This document shows positions 42,233-54,242 of a stretch of DNA of 64,000 bases, in pieces. The DNA is taken from contig CAWJVU010000010.1 of assembly GCA_963846405.1 (NCBI GenBank), positions 342,824 through 406,823 of the forward strand, given 5' to 3'. Below the pieces are notes generated by a model that saw nothing but the letters and a program-made list of their open reading frames with translations, made no database searches and was not told the DNA's origin. The DNA comes from an uncultured Chitinophagaceae bacterium (GTDB lineage Bacteria; Bacteroidota; Bacteroidia; Chitinophagales; Chitinophagaceae). The position numbers and the translations under genes were made by a program. Each line of letters begins with the position of its first letter. Position 1 is the stretch's first letter.

Positions 42233-44956
42233 ATGACTGAAGTTGTTATCAAACCCTTCCTACGTCTAGCCGGATTAGAACCGCTTGTCATACGGCCGAT
42301 GACCAATTTCGTGAACGTCGGCGAGCGCACCAATGTGACGGGCTCCAAGAAATTTGCCCGGCTTGTCCGCGACGGAAATTATGAGGAGGCGCTCAGCGTG
42401 GCCCGCCACCAGGTCGAGAACGGTGCACAGGTCCTCGACGTAAATATGGACGACGCCCTGCTGGATGGCGAGAAGGCGATGCAGACCTTCCTAAACCTCC
42501 TGCAGGCAGAACCGGATATCGCGAAGATCCCGATCATGATCGACTCATCAAAGTTCTCCATCATCGAGGCCGGCCTGAAATGCGTCCAGGGGAAGTGTAT
42601 CGTCAATTCCATTTCCATGAAAGAAGGAGAGGCGAAATTTATCGAACAGGCGATCATCTGCAGGAGTTACGGCGCAGCGGTCATCGTCATGGCCTTTGAT
42701 GAAGCAGGGCAGGCCGATACCCGCCGGCGGAAGGTCGATATCAGCGGGCGGGCCTATAAAATCCTGACGGAGCAGGTAGGGTACGATCCGCAGGATATCA
42801 TCTTCGATCTGAACATCTTCGCGATCGCCACCGGTATTGAAGAGCATAATAACTACGCCGTCGACTTTATAGAGGCCACCAAAGAAGTCAAACAAAAGAT
42901 GCCGTTGACCAGGATCAGCGGCGGGGTGAGCAATATTTCTTTCTCGTTTCGGGGGAACGAGCCGGTCCGGGAAGCCATGCACAGCGTGTTCCTTTACTAT
43001 GCCATCAAGGCCGGAATGGATATGGGGATCGTGAATGCAGGGCAATTGGTCGTTTACGACGAGATCGAACCGAAACTTCGCCAGCTCTGCGAGGACGTGA
43101 TCCTGAACCGGGATCCGGAAGCGACGGACAAGCTGCTGGCATTTGCGGAAACAGTAAAGGCAAAGGACAAGGAAGAAGTAAAGGATCAGGCGTGGCGGCA
43201 CGGAACGGTCGAAGAGCGGTTGAAACATGCGCTGGTAAACGGGATCACCGACTATATCGAATGCGGACACGGAAGAAGCGCGGTTGAAATATCCTAAACC
43301 GCTGGACGTGATCGAAGGGCCGCTGATGGCGGGGATGGATGTCGTCGGCGATCTGTTCGGCAGCGGGAAGATGTTCCTGCCACAGGTGGTGAAGAGTGCC
43401 CGGGTAATGAAGAAATCCGTAGCGGTGCTGACGCCTTATATCGAACAGGAAAAGGAAGAGCGCCGGCTGGCGCATGAGGCCGCAGGCACGGTCGGTGCCG
43501 AGGGTGGCGGCGCTGCCAAGATCCTCCTCGCCACCGTAAAAGGAGATGTCCATGATATCGGCAAAAATATCGTCGGGGTGGTATTAGGTTGTAATGGCTA
43601 CGACATTATCGATCTCGGCGTCATGGTGCCGGCCGATAAGATCCTGGATACCGCCAGGAGGGAAAAGGTGGATGTGATCGGGTTGAGCGGTTTGATCACG
43701 CCTTCACTGGATGAGATGGTGCATGTGGCGCAGGGAAATGAAGCGACAGGGCTTTGAGGTGCCGCTGCTGATCGGCGGAGCCACGACTTCGAGGATGCAT
43801 ACCGCCGTGAAGATCGCCCCGGAATTCCAGAAGGGTGTAGTGCATGTGCTGGATGCATCGCGGAGCGTCACCGTGGTGGGGTCCCTGCTCAGTGCGGAGC
43901 AGAAGCCCGGATTCCTCAATGGGATCAGCAAGGAATACCAGAAACTAAAGGAAGATTTTGCCAATAAGAAGACCGTTAAGCAATACCTCTCCTTCGGCTT
44001 GGCGCAGGAAAACAAAGTAAAGATCGACTGGGCGGCCTTCCGGCCGGTGGCGCCGCGATTTACGGGCACCAAGGTTTTCGACGGCTATGACCTGGCGGAG
44101 ATCGTGCCATATATTGACTGGGGGCCGTTCTTTATTGCCTGGGAACTGCATGGGAAATTCCCGCAGATCCTGAAGGATGCACGTCGTGGGTGTAGAGGCG
44201 ACGAAGTTATACAACGACGCCCAGGAGTTGCTGGATCGGATCGTGAAGGAAAAATGGCTGAACGCGCGGGCGGTCATCGGCTTCTGGCCGGCGCAGTCGA
44301 ATGGAAAGGATACGGTAGTCGTGAAAGGAGCAGACGGCGATGTGCATCTGGAATTTCTGCGGCAGCAGATCAAGAAGGCGGCGGGTCAGCCGAATATTTC
44401 GCTCAGTGACTTTATCGCGCCGGCCGAAACCGGCCTGGCGGATCATATCGGGGCATTTGTGACGACGATCGAGGGCATCGAGCCGCATATCAAACGATTC
44501 GAGGCCGCTCTTGACGACTATAACAAGATCATGTTGCAGGCGTTGGCAGACCGGCTGGCGGAGGCGTTTACGGAGCTGCTGCACGAGCGGGTGCGGAAGG
44601 AGTAGTGGGGATATGCTTCAGCAACGAGCATTTGAGCAACGAGCAGCTGATCCATGAAGAATATCTGGGCATCCGGCCCGGCTCCCGGTTATCCTGCTTG
44701 TCCTGACCATACAGAAAAACGAAAGCTGTTTGCGTTGCTTGACGCACACCGCCATACGGGGGTCGTGCTGACGGAATCGCTGGCAATGTATCCGGCTTCG
44801 ACGGTCAGCGGCTGGTATTTTGCAAATCCGGAAAGCAAATATTTCGGTGTGGGGAAGATCGAGAGGGACCAGGTGGTGGATTATGCGGCGCGGAAGGGGA
44901 TGCCGCTGGAAGAGGTGGAGCGGTGGTTGCGACCGGTGCTGGAATATGATGCTTAG
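42233..44956 (+). CDS. metH: Methionine synthase, pterin/B12-binding/activation module (frameshifted)
   Basis: [35 protein letters not shown]. Confidence 0.92.
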
Positions 44957-45362
44957 GCCGGGAAGGTCCGCCCTTCATTTTTCGCTGCGCGTCTTTGCTG
45001 TCGCCGATACCGAGTAGCAGGAGCAGATACGGTCAAAACCTTCGATTGCCATCGGCTGAACGGACCGAAAGGGTTCCAGAAGATATCGAAGAGGATAACC
45101 AGCAGGAGCAAGAGCAGCCCTAGCGAGAATTGCGGTGTACGGCCGCTTTGCTTCGTGTAGAGGGCGAGCAGAAAATAGATAACCGATAGTATCCCGGTGA
45201 GAAGGATATTTTCCAGAACAGCCTGACCGGGCAGACTGGGCAACAGCAACAGGGCTGAGATCAGCGTAGCAACGGCGACGATGAGCAGGAGAATGCGGGC
45301 GGTTGCGACCTGCTTGCGCAGCAGGTCGGCGGCTTCAACTGCGGATATGTGTCCGGGGGCAT
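44953..45362 (-). CDS. Hypothetical membrane protein (probably frameshifted)
   Basis: Hydrophobic ORF 44953-45249; upstream ATG at 45362. Confidence 0.4.
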
Positions 45363-45475
45363 GGGCGTAGTTTGTAATTGGCCTGCAATTTAGTTGTTAA
45401 GATGGTTTAGGATGGAGATAATTTTCTAATTTTGCCGGGCGAAATGTCGACTTATTTAAACGCATCAGATGGATT

Positions 45476-46272
45476 ATGAAAGTATTGAATTGGCTTGTAT
45501 AAAGCTTTTAATGTCGATGATACCATTTGCAGTTTCCGCGCAGCAGCAGACCCGCCGAAAAAGAAAACACATTTTATCAAGGAAGTATATGCGTCCTGGG
45601 GATACAATGGTGAATTCTATACGCATAGCACGATCCATATTTCGCAATCGGCGTTGGGAAACGACTACAATTTCGTCAGTGTCAAGGCGCATGATCATCC
45701 GGGCTGGAATGATGGGATATTCAGCGAGGCGCTTTCGATCCCACAGTACAATTACCGGCTGGGCTTTCTGTTGGATGAGGAGAAAGGATGGGGTTTCGAG
45801 ATCAATTTCGATCATACGAAATATATTTTCGCCAATCAGAATGTAGTCGTCAAAGGGAAGCTCAACAACCGGCAGTGTCGACACACGGTCGCTTTCAAGC
45901 CGCAAAACGGTTTCTATTACTACCTGAACAACGGCGCCAACTTTCTCCTGTTCAACATCACAAAAAAATGGCATCTCGTCGCACGGAAGGATGAGAAGAT
46001 CAAACTCGACTTCCTCGGCAAGTTTGGCGTGGGGCCGCTTGATCCCGCACACGCAAAACGAACTTTTCGGCCAGAACAATGATCAGGGTTTCCAGTTTGG
46101 CGGCTGGAATACGGGCGCGGAAGGGTCGTTGCGGGCAACGTTCTTCCGGTATGTTTACCTGGAATTCTCCGACAAGCTGGACTATGCGCGATATCACAAC
46201 CTGAATATCTATATGGGCGCTGCACACCAGGCATTTGGGACGGAGGAGATGATCCTAGTCTGGGGCTGGTGA
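45476..46272 (+). CDS. Hypothetical outer-membrane protein (frameshifted)
   Basis: YASWGYN, IPQYNYRLG, EINFDHTKY across frames. Confidence 0.65.
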
Positions 46273-46293
46273 TTCCAACTAGCTTCACGATCA

Positions 46294-47030
46294 CTACATA
46301 TGGCGCTCGAAGAGCCACCATTTCCGGCGGGGTGGACGTTCGTTGGTAATTCTTTTTGATAAAAGTGTCGATATGTTGAGTGGCTTCGGCGATGCTGTCC
46401 GTCAGCAGCACAAGGGAAAGGTCCTCCGGGGAGATCGTGCCTTTTTCCGCCATTTCCTGCATATATGCAAATAAAGGCTGGTAGTATTCTTTTCCGAAAA
46501 GCACGAGGGGGAAGCGAACGAGGATCTTGGTCTGCACAAGCGTAAGAGTCTCGAAGAATTCATCCATGGTGCCGAATCCGCCCGGCATGATCACAAAGGC
46601 ATAGGAATATTTCACCAGCATGACTTTCCGAACAAAGAAATGTTCGAAGGTGATGGAGGTCTGTACATAGGGGTTGGGTTGTCTGTTCAAACGGCAATTT
46701 GATATTGCAGCCGACGGACATGCCGCCCTGTTCGAATGCGCCGCGGTTGGCGGCTTCCATTGTTCCCGGGCCGCCGCCGGTCATGGTGGTAAATCCCATG
46801 GCGGCGATCTGTCTCCCCATTTCCCGCGCGGATTGGTAGTCCGGATGATCTTCCTTGAACCGCGCCGATCCGAAGACGGTGATACAGGGGCCGACGAAGT
46901 GAAGGGTACGAAATCCCCTGATGAATTCCCGGAATATCCGCCAGGCGGAATACAGCTCGTAGGTACGGCTCTTAGGCCCTTCCAGGAATTGGGTGTCATG
47001 GGCGGGAATGATCCTGTCTAGCTTATCCAT
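46294..47030 (-). CDS. TIGR00730/LOG family Rossmann-fold protein (frameshifted)
   Basis: TVFGSAR, TGGGPGTMEAAN, FFVRK, PGGFGTMDE. Confidence 0.88.
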
Positions 47031-47075
47031 AGTATATTGATGTTATATTTGCTACGAATATAAATGATTATGGTA

Positions 47076-47933
47076 ATGTCCTCACTTCGTATCGTCAGCT
47101 ATAACGTTAACGGTATCCGTGCCGCAATGGGCAAGGGGTTGATCGAATGGCTCGAAGACCGATCCCGCGGACATCGTTTGTATCCAGGAAACCAAGGCAC
47201 ACCGGGACAATGTGGCGCATGCATCTTTTCACGGAGCTTGGATATCATGACTATTGGTTCTCCGCGCAGAAAAAGGGATATAGCGGGGTGGCGGTCTTTA
47301 CGCGGATCAAACCGGACCATGTGGAATATGGGACCGGCCACGCCGTCAGTGACGATGAAGGTCGGGTCATCCAATTGGACTTCGGGGATATCCGGCTTGA
47401 TCAATGCGTATTTCCCGTCGGGCACTTCGGGTGAGGAGCGTCAAAGTTATAAATATCAATGGCTGGACGAATTTTTTGAGTATCTTGAAGGGCTAAAGAA
47501 GAAGATCCCGCGGCTGATCGTATGTGGGGATTATAATATAGCGCACAATGCGATCGATATTCATGATCCGAAGGGCAATAAGAACAACTCCGGCTTTCTG
47601 CCGGAAGAGCGGGCCTGGATGGATAAGTTGATGAGCAGCGGTTGGGTGGATGGCTTCCGGCAGTTGAATCCCGATCCTCACCAGTATTCCTGGTGGCGCC
47701 AGCGTTTCCCTTCCGTGCGCCAGGAGAATAAAGGTTGGCGGATCGATTATATCAGCGTTACAGATCCGCTGAAAGGTAATATGGTCAAGGCGGCGATCTA
47801 TCCGGATGTCAAGCAAAGCGATCATTGCCCCGTATATCTCGGAGTACCCACTCGCCACCAAACGAACCGAGTACCCATCCCCCGCCCAACAAACCGAGTA
47901 CCCGTCCCTCGCCCAACGCGAAACCGGGGCTAA
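47076..47933 (+). CDS. xth: Exodeoxyribonuclease III (frameshifted)
   Basis: SYNVNGIRA, GYSGVA, GDYNIAH, GWRIDY, SDHCP. Confidence 0.9.
   Translation: MSSLRIVSYNVNGIRAAMGKGLIEWLEDRSRGHRLYPGNQGTPGQCGACIFSRSLDIMTIGSPRRKRDIAGWRSLRGSNRTMWNMGPATPSVTMKVGSSNWTSGISGLINAYFPSGTSGEERQSYKYQWLDEFFEYLEGLKKKIPRLIVCGDYNIAHNAIDIHDPKGNKNNSGFLPEERAWMDKLMSSGWVDGFRQLNPDPHQYSWWRQRFPSVRQENKGWRIDYISVTDPLKGNMVKAAIYPDVKQSDHCPVYLGVPTRHQTNRVPIPRPTNRVPVPRPTRNRG
47842..47925 (+). repeat. Three imperfect 27-bp repeats (GAGTACCC...AACC) at the 3' end of xth
   Basis: gagtacccactcgccaccaaacgaacc / gagtacccatcccccgcccaacaaacc / gagtacccgtccctcgcccaacg. Confidence 0.75.
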
Positions 47934-47949
47934 TATAAATCGGCTGCCT

Positions 47950-50262
47950 ATGGAGTTCGTCATTTTCTTTCTCGTCTGTATTGTCATTTTACTGATTTTG
48001 TTTCTGCGGTATCATCTTTTTGATAAGATGGACCGGTTGGAGCACGAAATGACCCGACTTCGGGAAGAGGTAGCGGATTTGAAGAAATCACCGGTATCGC
48101 TCCTGCTCCTCCGCATGTTGCTCCTCCTCCTCCGCAGGCCGCGCCTCCGCCTCCTGCTTCCGCTCGTCCCGTGCCCGCCCCAGCACAAGTCACGCCGCCG
48201 CCTCCGGCGGCGGCGGCGCCCAAAGAAATGGAACCCTTTCGACCCGTACCCCGCCCCGCGCCACGACCCACCCCACCCAGATCCCCCGAACCACCAACGG
48301 ATTGGGAAAAATTCATCGGCGAGAACCTGATCAGCAAGATCGGGATCGCTATCCTCGTCCTGGCCATCGGCTTCTTTGTCAAATACGCGATCGACAACGA
48401 CTGGATCGGTCCGGTGGGCCGGGTTGGCATCGGGCTTCTATGCGGCGGGATCCTGATTGGAGTGGCACACCGGCTGCGCAATCATTATAAAGCATTCAGC
48501 TCTGTCCTGATCGGAGGCGGCCTTGCCGTTCTCTATTTCACCATTGCCCTGGCCTATCATCAATATCATCTTCTGGGGCAGACAACGGCCTTCGTCATCA
48601 TGCTGGTGATCACCGCCTTTTCAGTCCTCCTCTCGCTGCTGTATAACCGGGAAGAACTGGCCATCATCGCGCTGGTCGGAGGATTCGTTACTCCTTTCCT
48701 TGTCAGCAACGGCAACGGCGACTATCAGGTGCTCTTCACCTATCTGCTTATCCTGAACACCGGGCTATTGGTCATCGCGTATTACAAAGCATGGCGACTG
48801 CTGAATGGGCTGGCTTTCGGATTTACCGTCGTGTTTTTGGTTCCTGGCTGATCGGGCTTCCGGACGATACCACCCGTTCGGTATATGTTGGCGGGGCAGA
48901 ATTCGCAACGGCGTTTTACGGATTGTTTTTTATTGCAACTGTCGCCCGGACCATCCGGGAAGAAAAAAGTTTATTGCGTCCGATTTCCTGATCTTGTTGC
49001 TCAATACCTGTCTGTACTTCGGGGTGTCGCTGTACTTTCTTTCGCGGCTCGGCCTGGAGAACTACAGGGGCCTGTATTGCGCGATAATGGGGGTCGTCCA
49101 CATCGTCCTTTCCTGGTTGCTATTCCGGAGGCAATCGGTGGACAAGAACATCCTTTACCTGCTGATCGGAATAACCCTGTCCTTCGTATCGCTGACGGCG
49201 CCATTGCAGCTGCATGGGCATTATATCACCATGTTTTGGGCCACGGAGACCGTCTTGCTCTACTGGTTATTCCTGAAATCGAAAATGCAGCTGATCGGAC
49301 TGGCTTCCTGGTTAGTGCTGGCGGCGATGCTGGTCAGCCTGGCCTGGGACTGGGTCAATATTTATTTGTTAGGTTCGCCCGGGACGACGATCTTCTTCAA
49401 TAAGGGATGCATGACGGGGCTGCTCTGTGCCGCAGCTTGCTTTGTGCTGTTTCGGTTAAAGCAGGATCCGACCAGGGCTCTGACCATGCTGCTGTTGGCA
49501 ACGGCACTCTTGTTTATTTCCGGCGCATTGGAGACCGGCTATCAGTTCAACAACCGGTATCCGCATTTCGACATTTCGAGCTTCTACCTGCAGCTGTATG
49601 CATGGCTCTTTATCCTGCTTTTCACCGCGGTGAACGGCCGGCTCGGCCCGATCGACTTCAGCGTGACGAATATGGTACTGTTGGGCCTGGGGCTCCTGGT
49701 CTATCTGTTCACGTTGCCGGAAGTATTCGGGCTTCAGCAGGATATGCTGGAGGGACGACGGTACCAGGAACATTTTGTCGCGCACTGGGTCGGCGCGGCG
49801 GTCGTGTTGTTCATCCTCTATCGACAAACGGGACTATACCGCGCAGGGAATTGGAAGGTAGAACCGGCAGTCTTTGCATGGGCGGCGGCGATAGTCGCCG
49901 TCGTTTTCCTGAGTGCGGAGGGTCAGATGCTGGTCAATGTGTTATATTATTCAAGGCAGCATCCGCTGGACGAACTGGAGCGGGTGTACAATAAAACGGG
50001 GCTGCCGATCCTTTGGGGGCTCTGTTCGTTCGTTTGCATGTGGCTGGGGATGCGGTATAAGTTCAGGCCGCTCCGTATCTTTTCGCTTACCCTTTTCCTG
50101 ATTACGCTCCTGAAGCTGTTTCTGTTCGACATCCGGGACATCCCGATCGCAGGCAAGATCGCGGCTTTCTTCTGCCTGGGCGTGTTGTTGCTGGTCGTGT
50201 CCTTCATGTATCAACGGTTGAAAAAAATCATTATCGACAATGAGGCCAAAATCCCGGATTAG
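47950..50262 (+). CDS. DUF2339 family membrane protein (frameshifted)
   Basis: Pro-rich linker, DWEKFIGENLISKIGI, C-terminal KLFLFDI..KIAAFFCLGVLLLVVSFMYQ. Confidence 0.82.
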
Positions 50263-51238
50263 AAGATGGGACGGACCCCGAATCGGAGCTCGAATCGGAC
50301 CCGCAATCGGACCCGCAATCGGACCCCAAATCGGACCCGCAATCCGCCGGTTGGCGCGTTTAACGCCGGCGTTTCTGCTGGCGAGCGTCGCATGTGCCGC
50401 ACAATATCGGGTTATCCCAGCGAGTGCACTGATCGACAATGTGCCCAAGGGAGGATTCTACCGGGTCGTCCTCGTACCGGAATTTGTCGCCGCATGTTGC
50501 CTCGATCTCTCCGATATCCGCATCCGCGACCAATTTACCCAGGAGACTCCCTATGTCCTGAAGTCGGATACACACCATGACTCCCTGAATGCCGGAATGC
50601 TGGCAATCCCCGACCCGCAGATCTCACGAAAGGACAGCAGCAACCGGCACACCTATTACCGGCTGCGGTATGATGCCGCCTACCGCATCGACCGGCTTTC
50701 GCTTGTGATCAGGGAGCCCGCCCTTTTTAAACGACAAGCCGTTATTTTTACCGGGAATGATTCGACCGCGCAGGAGGTACAAACGATCACGATCGATCCA
50801 ATGGACACTGCTTTCAATATCCCGCCGGTTAAGGCGAAGTACCTGCTGATCGACGTTGCGAATGAAGACAACGCGCCGCTGGATATCAGCCGGGTGGCGA
50901 CAGCGCAATCGGGCATATACCTGGTGACCCTATTAAAGCCCGACCACCGGTATGAACTCATCTGCGGCGACCCAGAGGCCCGTGCTCCGAATTACGATCT
51001 TCATTTCTTTACGGATAGCATGAAAGAAGTGCCCGCACTTGTCGGATTGGGGCCGATACAACGACTGGAGAAAGATTATGATAGATTATCCCGGAATCGG
51101 TCTCGCGGAAGATCGGGAGTGGTATTGTTGTGGAGCCTGGTAACGGTGATCGGACTACTGTTGCTTTATGTCAGTGTGAAACTGGCAAAAGCTGTCGACA
51201 AAAGGGATTTCGGGAAAAAATTATCGGAAAAGGAATGA
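50240..51238 (+). CDS. Hypothetical protein (DUF3999-like partner of DUF2339)
   Basis: DLSDIRI, NEDNAPL, APNYDL, C-terminal TM helix; start uncertain. Confidence 0.6.
   Translation: MRPKSRIRRWDGPRIGARIGPAIGPAIGPQIGPAIRRLARLTPAFLLASVACAAQYRVIPASALIDNVPKGGFYRVVLVPEFVAACCLDLSDIRIRDQFTQETPYVLKSDTHHDSLNAGMLAIPDPQISRKDSSNRHTYYRLRYDAAYRIDRLSLVIREPALFKRQAVIFTGNDSTAQEVQTITIDPMDTAFNIPPVKAKYLLIDVANEDNAPLDISRVATAQSGIYLVTLLKPDHRYELICGDPEARAPNYDLHFFTDSMKEVPALVGLGPIQRLEKDYDRLSRNRSRGRSGVVLLWSLVTVIGLLLLYVSVKLAKAVDKRDFGKKLSEKE
50273..50344 (+). repeat. 12-bp tandem repeat (GGACCCGCAATC-like) x6
   Basis: Six consecutive imperfect 12-mers encoding GPRI/GARI/GPAI/GPAI/GPQI/GPAI. Confidence 0.85.
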
Positions 51239-51546
51239 TCGTCTACAACATCACCTGTAAGGTCCGCTGGGAGATCCTGGACGGATGGCTGAGCTGGCAG
51301 CTGAACGAGCAGGTGCCGGCAACACTCGCCACCGGGCTTTTTGATGACTATCGGTTATACCGGCTGCTGGAGCAGGATGAAGACGATGGTCCGACTTTCG
51401 TCATCCAGTTTCTAACCAGTTCCCTGGAGCGATTTCAGCGGTTCACTTCTGACGTTGAACCCGGCCTGAAGCAGACGGGATGGGACAAATGGGGCAATGG
51501 ATTCATCGCCTTCAGCACGTTAATGGAGACGGTATCCGTGCACTAA
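51235..51546 (+). CDS. DUF4286 family protein
   Basis: MIVYNIT, WLSW, TGLF, FIAFSTLME. Confidence 0.8.
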   Translation: MIVYNITCKVRWEILDGWLSWQLNEQVPATLATGLFDDYRLYRLLEQDEDDGPTFVIQFLTSSLERFQRFTSDVEPGLKQTGWDKWGNGFIAFSTLMETVSVH

Positions 51547-51738
51547 AGCCCCCCCTGCACTGCATTTCAGCGAACCAAAACGAATAGTCATTTGGAAAAT
51601 TATTAAGGTATTTTCCCGCTAATCCTTGTCCGGAGCGGTTTAGAGCGCCATTGCCGATGTCACGAAAAAGTTAAAATAATTTTGTCGGATTCAAAAAGCG
51701 GGTATATTTGTCGGGCTAATTAAACAAAAAATCACACT

Positions 51739-52008
51739 ATGAACAAAGCTGAATTAATCGCAAAGGTTGCCGATGATGCAGGCATTACAAAGACCCAGGC
51801 AAATGCCTCTCTCGATTCTTTTGTAGAGGCAGTTACCAAAACGCTGAAAGGCGGCGGCAAAGTAACCCTGGTTGGTTTCGGTACTTTCTCAGTATCCAAG
51901 AGGGCTGCACGTAACGGCCGCAATCCTCAAACCGGAGCTGTTATCAAGATCAAAGCCAAGAAAGTAGCCAAGTTCAAAGCAGGAAAGGAACTGTCTGCGA
52001 AATTATAG
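51739..52008 (+). CDS. hup: DNA-binding protein HU
   Basis: MNKAELI, VGFGTF, RNPQTG. Confidence 0.95.
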   Translation: MNKAELIAKVADDAGITKTQANASLDSFVEAVTKTLKGGGKVTLVGFGTFSVSKRAARNGRNPQTGAVIKIKAKKVAKFKAGKELSAKL

Positions 52009-52119
52009 TTATCAGGATCGCGCCGTATAGCGAAGCTCCGTTGCCGGGCATGTGAATGCAGGTATCGGAGCTTTTTGTAACTTTGGGGAACTGCGCAAAA
52101 CGCGCATAAATAAAAATAT

Positions 52120-52265
52120 ATGGGAAGAGGAGACAAAAAAACCAAAAAAGGAAAGATATTCAAGGGTCATTTGGCAAGAGCCGTCCCGCGAAGCCGCGAA
52201 AGAAATCGGGTGATCAAAAGCTTCATGCGTCGGCGGAGGCTCGCTGTGCCGCAAAAGGTAAATAA
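52120..52265 (+). CDS. 30S ribosomal protein bTHX (1-nt deletion)
   Basis: MGRGDKKTKKGKIFKG, then SFGKSRP in the shifted frame. Confidence 0.8.
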
Positions 52266-52266
52266 T

Positions 52267-52913
52267 TCAGGGCGCCAGTCGTTCGATTTTCCATTGTCCG
52301 TTATTCCGGAGGGTATACAGAATGCGGTCATGCAAGCGACTGGGCCTTCCCTGCCAGAATTCCATCCGGGTGGGTTTTACAACATAACCTCCCCAATGTG
52401 CGGGGCGACGTAGGGTATCTCCTTTCAGCTCGTTCTTTAGCTTTGCTTTCATTTTCTTCCAGCCATTCCCGGCTTTCAATGACTTCACTTTGAGGTGAGG
52501 CCCACGCGCCGATGCGGCTGCCTTCGGGCCGGCTGTTAAAATACGCATCGTTGACCTGCAGCGGCGGCAAGTCTGACCAGACCGCTAAGGCGCACCTGGC
52601 GCTCCAGTGCGGCCCAGAAGAATACGAGGCTGGCCCTTGGGTTCTCCAGCAGCTGATGCCCTTTGGCGCTGTTATAATTGGTGAAGAATGCAAACCCGTT
52701 CTCATCGAATCCTTTTAGTAAAACGATCCTCGCGTCCGGCATACCGTCGGCAGTGGCGGTGGCGAGTGTCATGGCGTTAACTTCTTCGAGGTCGGAATGA
52801 ATGGCTTCCTGCCACCATTTGTCGAACTGTTTGAATGGATCGGGATGAACATCTTTCTCCGACAAGGTGCGGAGCTTGTATTCTTTGCGGATATCGGCGA
52901 TATTGTTTGACAC
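52267..52913 (-). CDS. pdxH: Pyridoxamine 5'-phosphate oxidase (frameshifted)
   Basis: [40 protein letters not shown]. Confidence 0.92.
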
Positions 52914-52926
52914 GGGAAAAACGTTT

Positions 52927-54003
52927 TTACAACACGTCGCGAAGCCCGGATTGGGTGATCTTGGTCAGGAGAGATTCCATATCGCTGACGCGACGAAGCT
53001 GGCTTTCGATCTTCTTATTGTGTTCCGAGATCTCTTGAAGATCATGGTTGAGCTCTTCAAGGAAGGCGGACCTTTTCTGGTATTGCTGACGTTGGAAATT
53101 AGCTTCTTTCAGCTTCTCTTCGGTATCCGCGATGATCCGGTTGAGCCGTTGGTTTTCTTCACGAAGGGATAGGTATTTCAGCTTCATTTCATCGTGTTCC
53201 TTACCCAGTTTGAAATAGGAATCCTTCAGCTCCTCATAGTCCGTACCGCGGTTATGCGGCTGCGTAAGATAATTCTGGAGCTTTAGGAGCTTGTCCTGAA
53301 GGGTGCTGTATTCCTCATAAACCTTGTCAAGGCGGGTCCCCATTTCCTGCGCAAGCTTTTGCTGATGCCGGAGATGACTGATCTCTGCCTCCTTTTCCAC
53401 GACCTGCTGGCCGGCACTCCGGAGTTGGTCGTGGAGGTCTTCGTTTTGGTGCAGGAGATCCTGGGTCTTTTTTTCAGACTCTTCAATCAGCCGGGTGTGT
53501 TCCAGCAGGCGGGTGATATTATAATTGTGCTCCGCCAGCTTCTCTTGCGCAAGGCGAAGTTGTACAATATAGTTATTGGTATGATCGGGCTGAGCGTTGG
53601 GATCGACGGGTGGTGGTTTAAGCTGTTCTTCCGCCTCGCTGAGTCGGTTGTGGACGATCTCCAGCTCTTCATGCAGCTCGTCTGTCTCGGAGCGCTTTTC
53701 TTCAAGCTCCAGCGTCAAGCCTCGTTCGTTATCCTGGACCTGGTTAAGCCGCTCACGCAACTGCTGCTGAGCACGCTCCTGCATGTCCATATCGTTATAA
53801 TATTTCAGCTTCCAGTTGTCGTTGTCGCTGATACCGGTGTTTTGTTCGGGTTGTTTGAGGTCGAGGTCCTTTTTCGAATTCCAGAAGAAATGAATCGTAA
53901 AACCAAGGATCAGGGCGCCAAGCTCGCAGATGATGATCTCCGGCAGACCAACGGTCAGCTGAATTCCCAGTATCATCATTTCCACATTATTTAAGCTGTT
54001 CAT
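52927..54003 (-). CDS. Membrane-anchored coiled-coil protein
   Basis: One TM helix followed by long E/Q/K/L heptad-rich segments. Confidence 0.7.
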   Translation of the reverse strand: MNSLNNVEMMILGIQLTVGLPEIIICELGALILGFTIHFFWNSKKDLDLKQPEQNTGISDNDNWKLKYYNDMDMQERAQQQLRERLNQVQDNERGLTLELEEKRSETDELHEELEIVHNRLSEAEEQLKPPPVDPNAQPDHTNNYIVQLRLAQEKLAEHNYNITRLLEHTRLIEESEKKTQDLLHQNEDLHDQLRSAGQQVVEKEAEISHLRHQQKLAQEMGTRLDKVYEEYSTLQDKLLKLQNYLTQPHNRGTDYEELKDSYFKLGKEHDEMKLKYLSLREENQRLNRIIADTEEKLKEANFQRQQYQKRSAFLEELNHDLQEISEHNKKIESQLRRVSDMESLLTKITQSGLRDVL

Positions 54004-54242
54004 AATGGTTCGGAACAAAAAGATTTTCCAAAACTAAATACTTTATTGAGTGCAATCTTGCTTAAGGGAATGCATCGATAAACAACAAAGGATTTTCAAG
54101 GGAATATTGATGGAGGGAAGGCTAAGAGAGACCTATGATTAGATAGGCGGCGTGTCACGATTGCACAAATTACTATACGGATCGCATAATTGCAAATCCG
54201 TTCAACGTGCAACTCCGATGTTATTTTACAAGCCGCTAATAA

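Noticed and set aside
41179-44956. Split metH as a novelty
   Set aside because: A two-gene metH is common in Bacteroidota; the further breaks look like sequencing indels.
50273-50344. CRISPR array
   Set aside because: Contiguous 12-mers without spacers and no cas genes.
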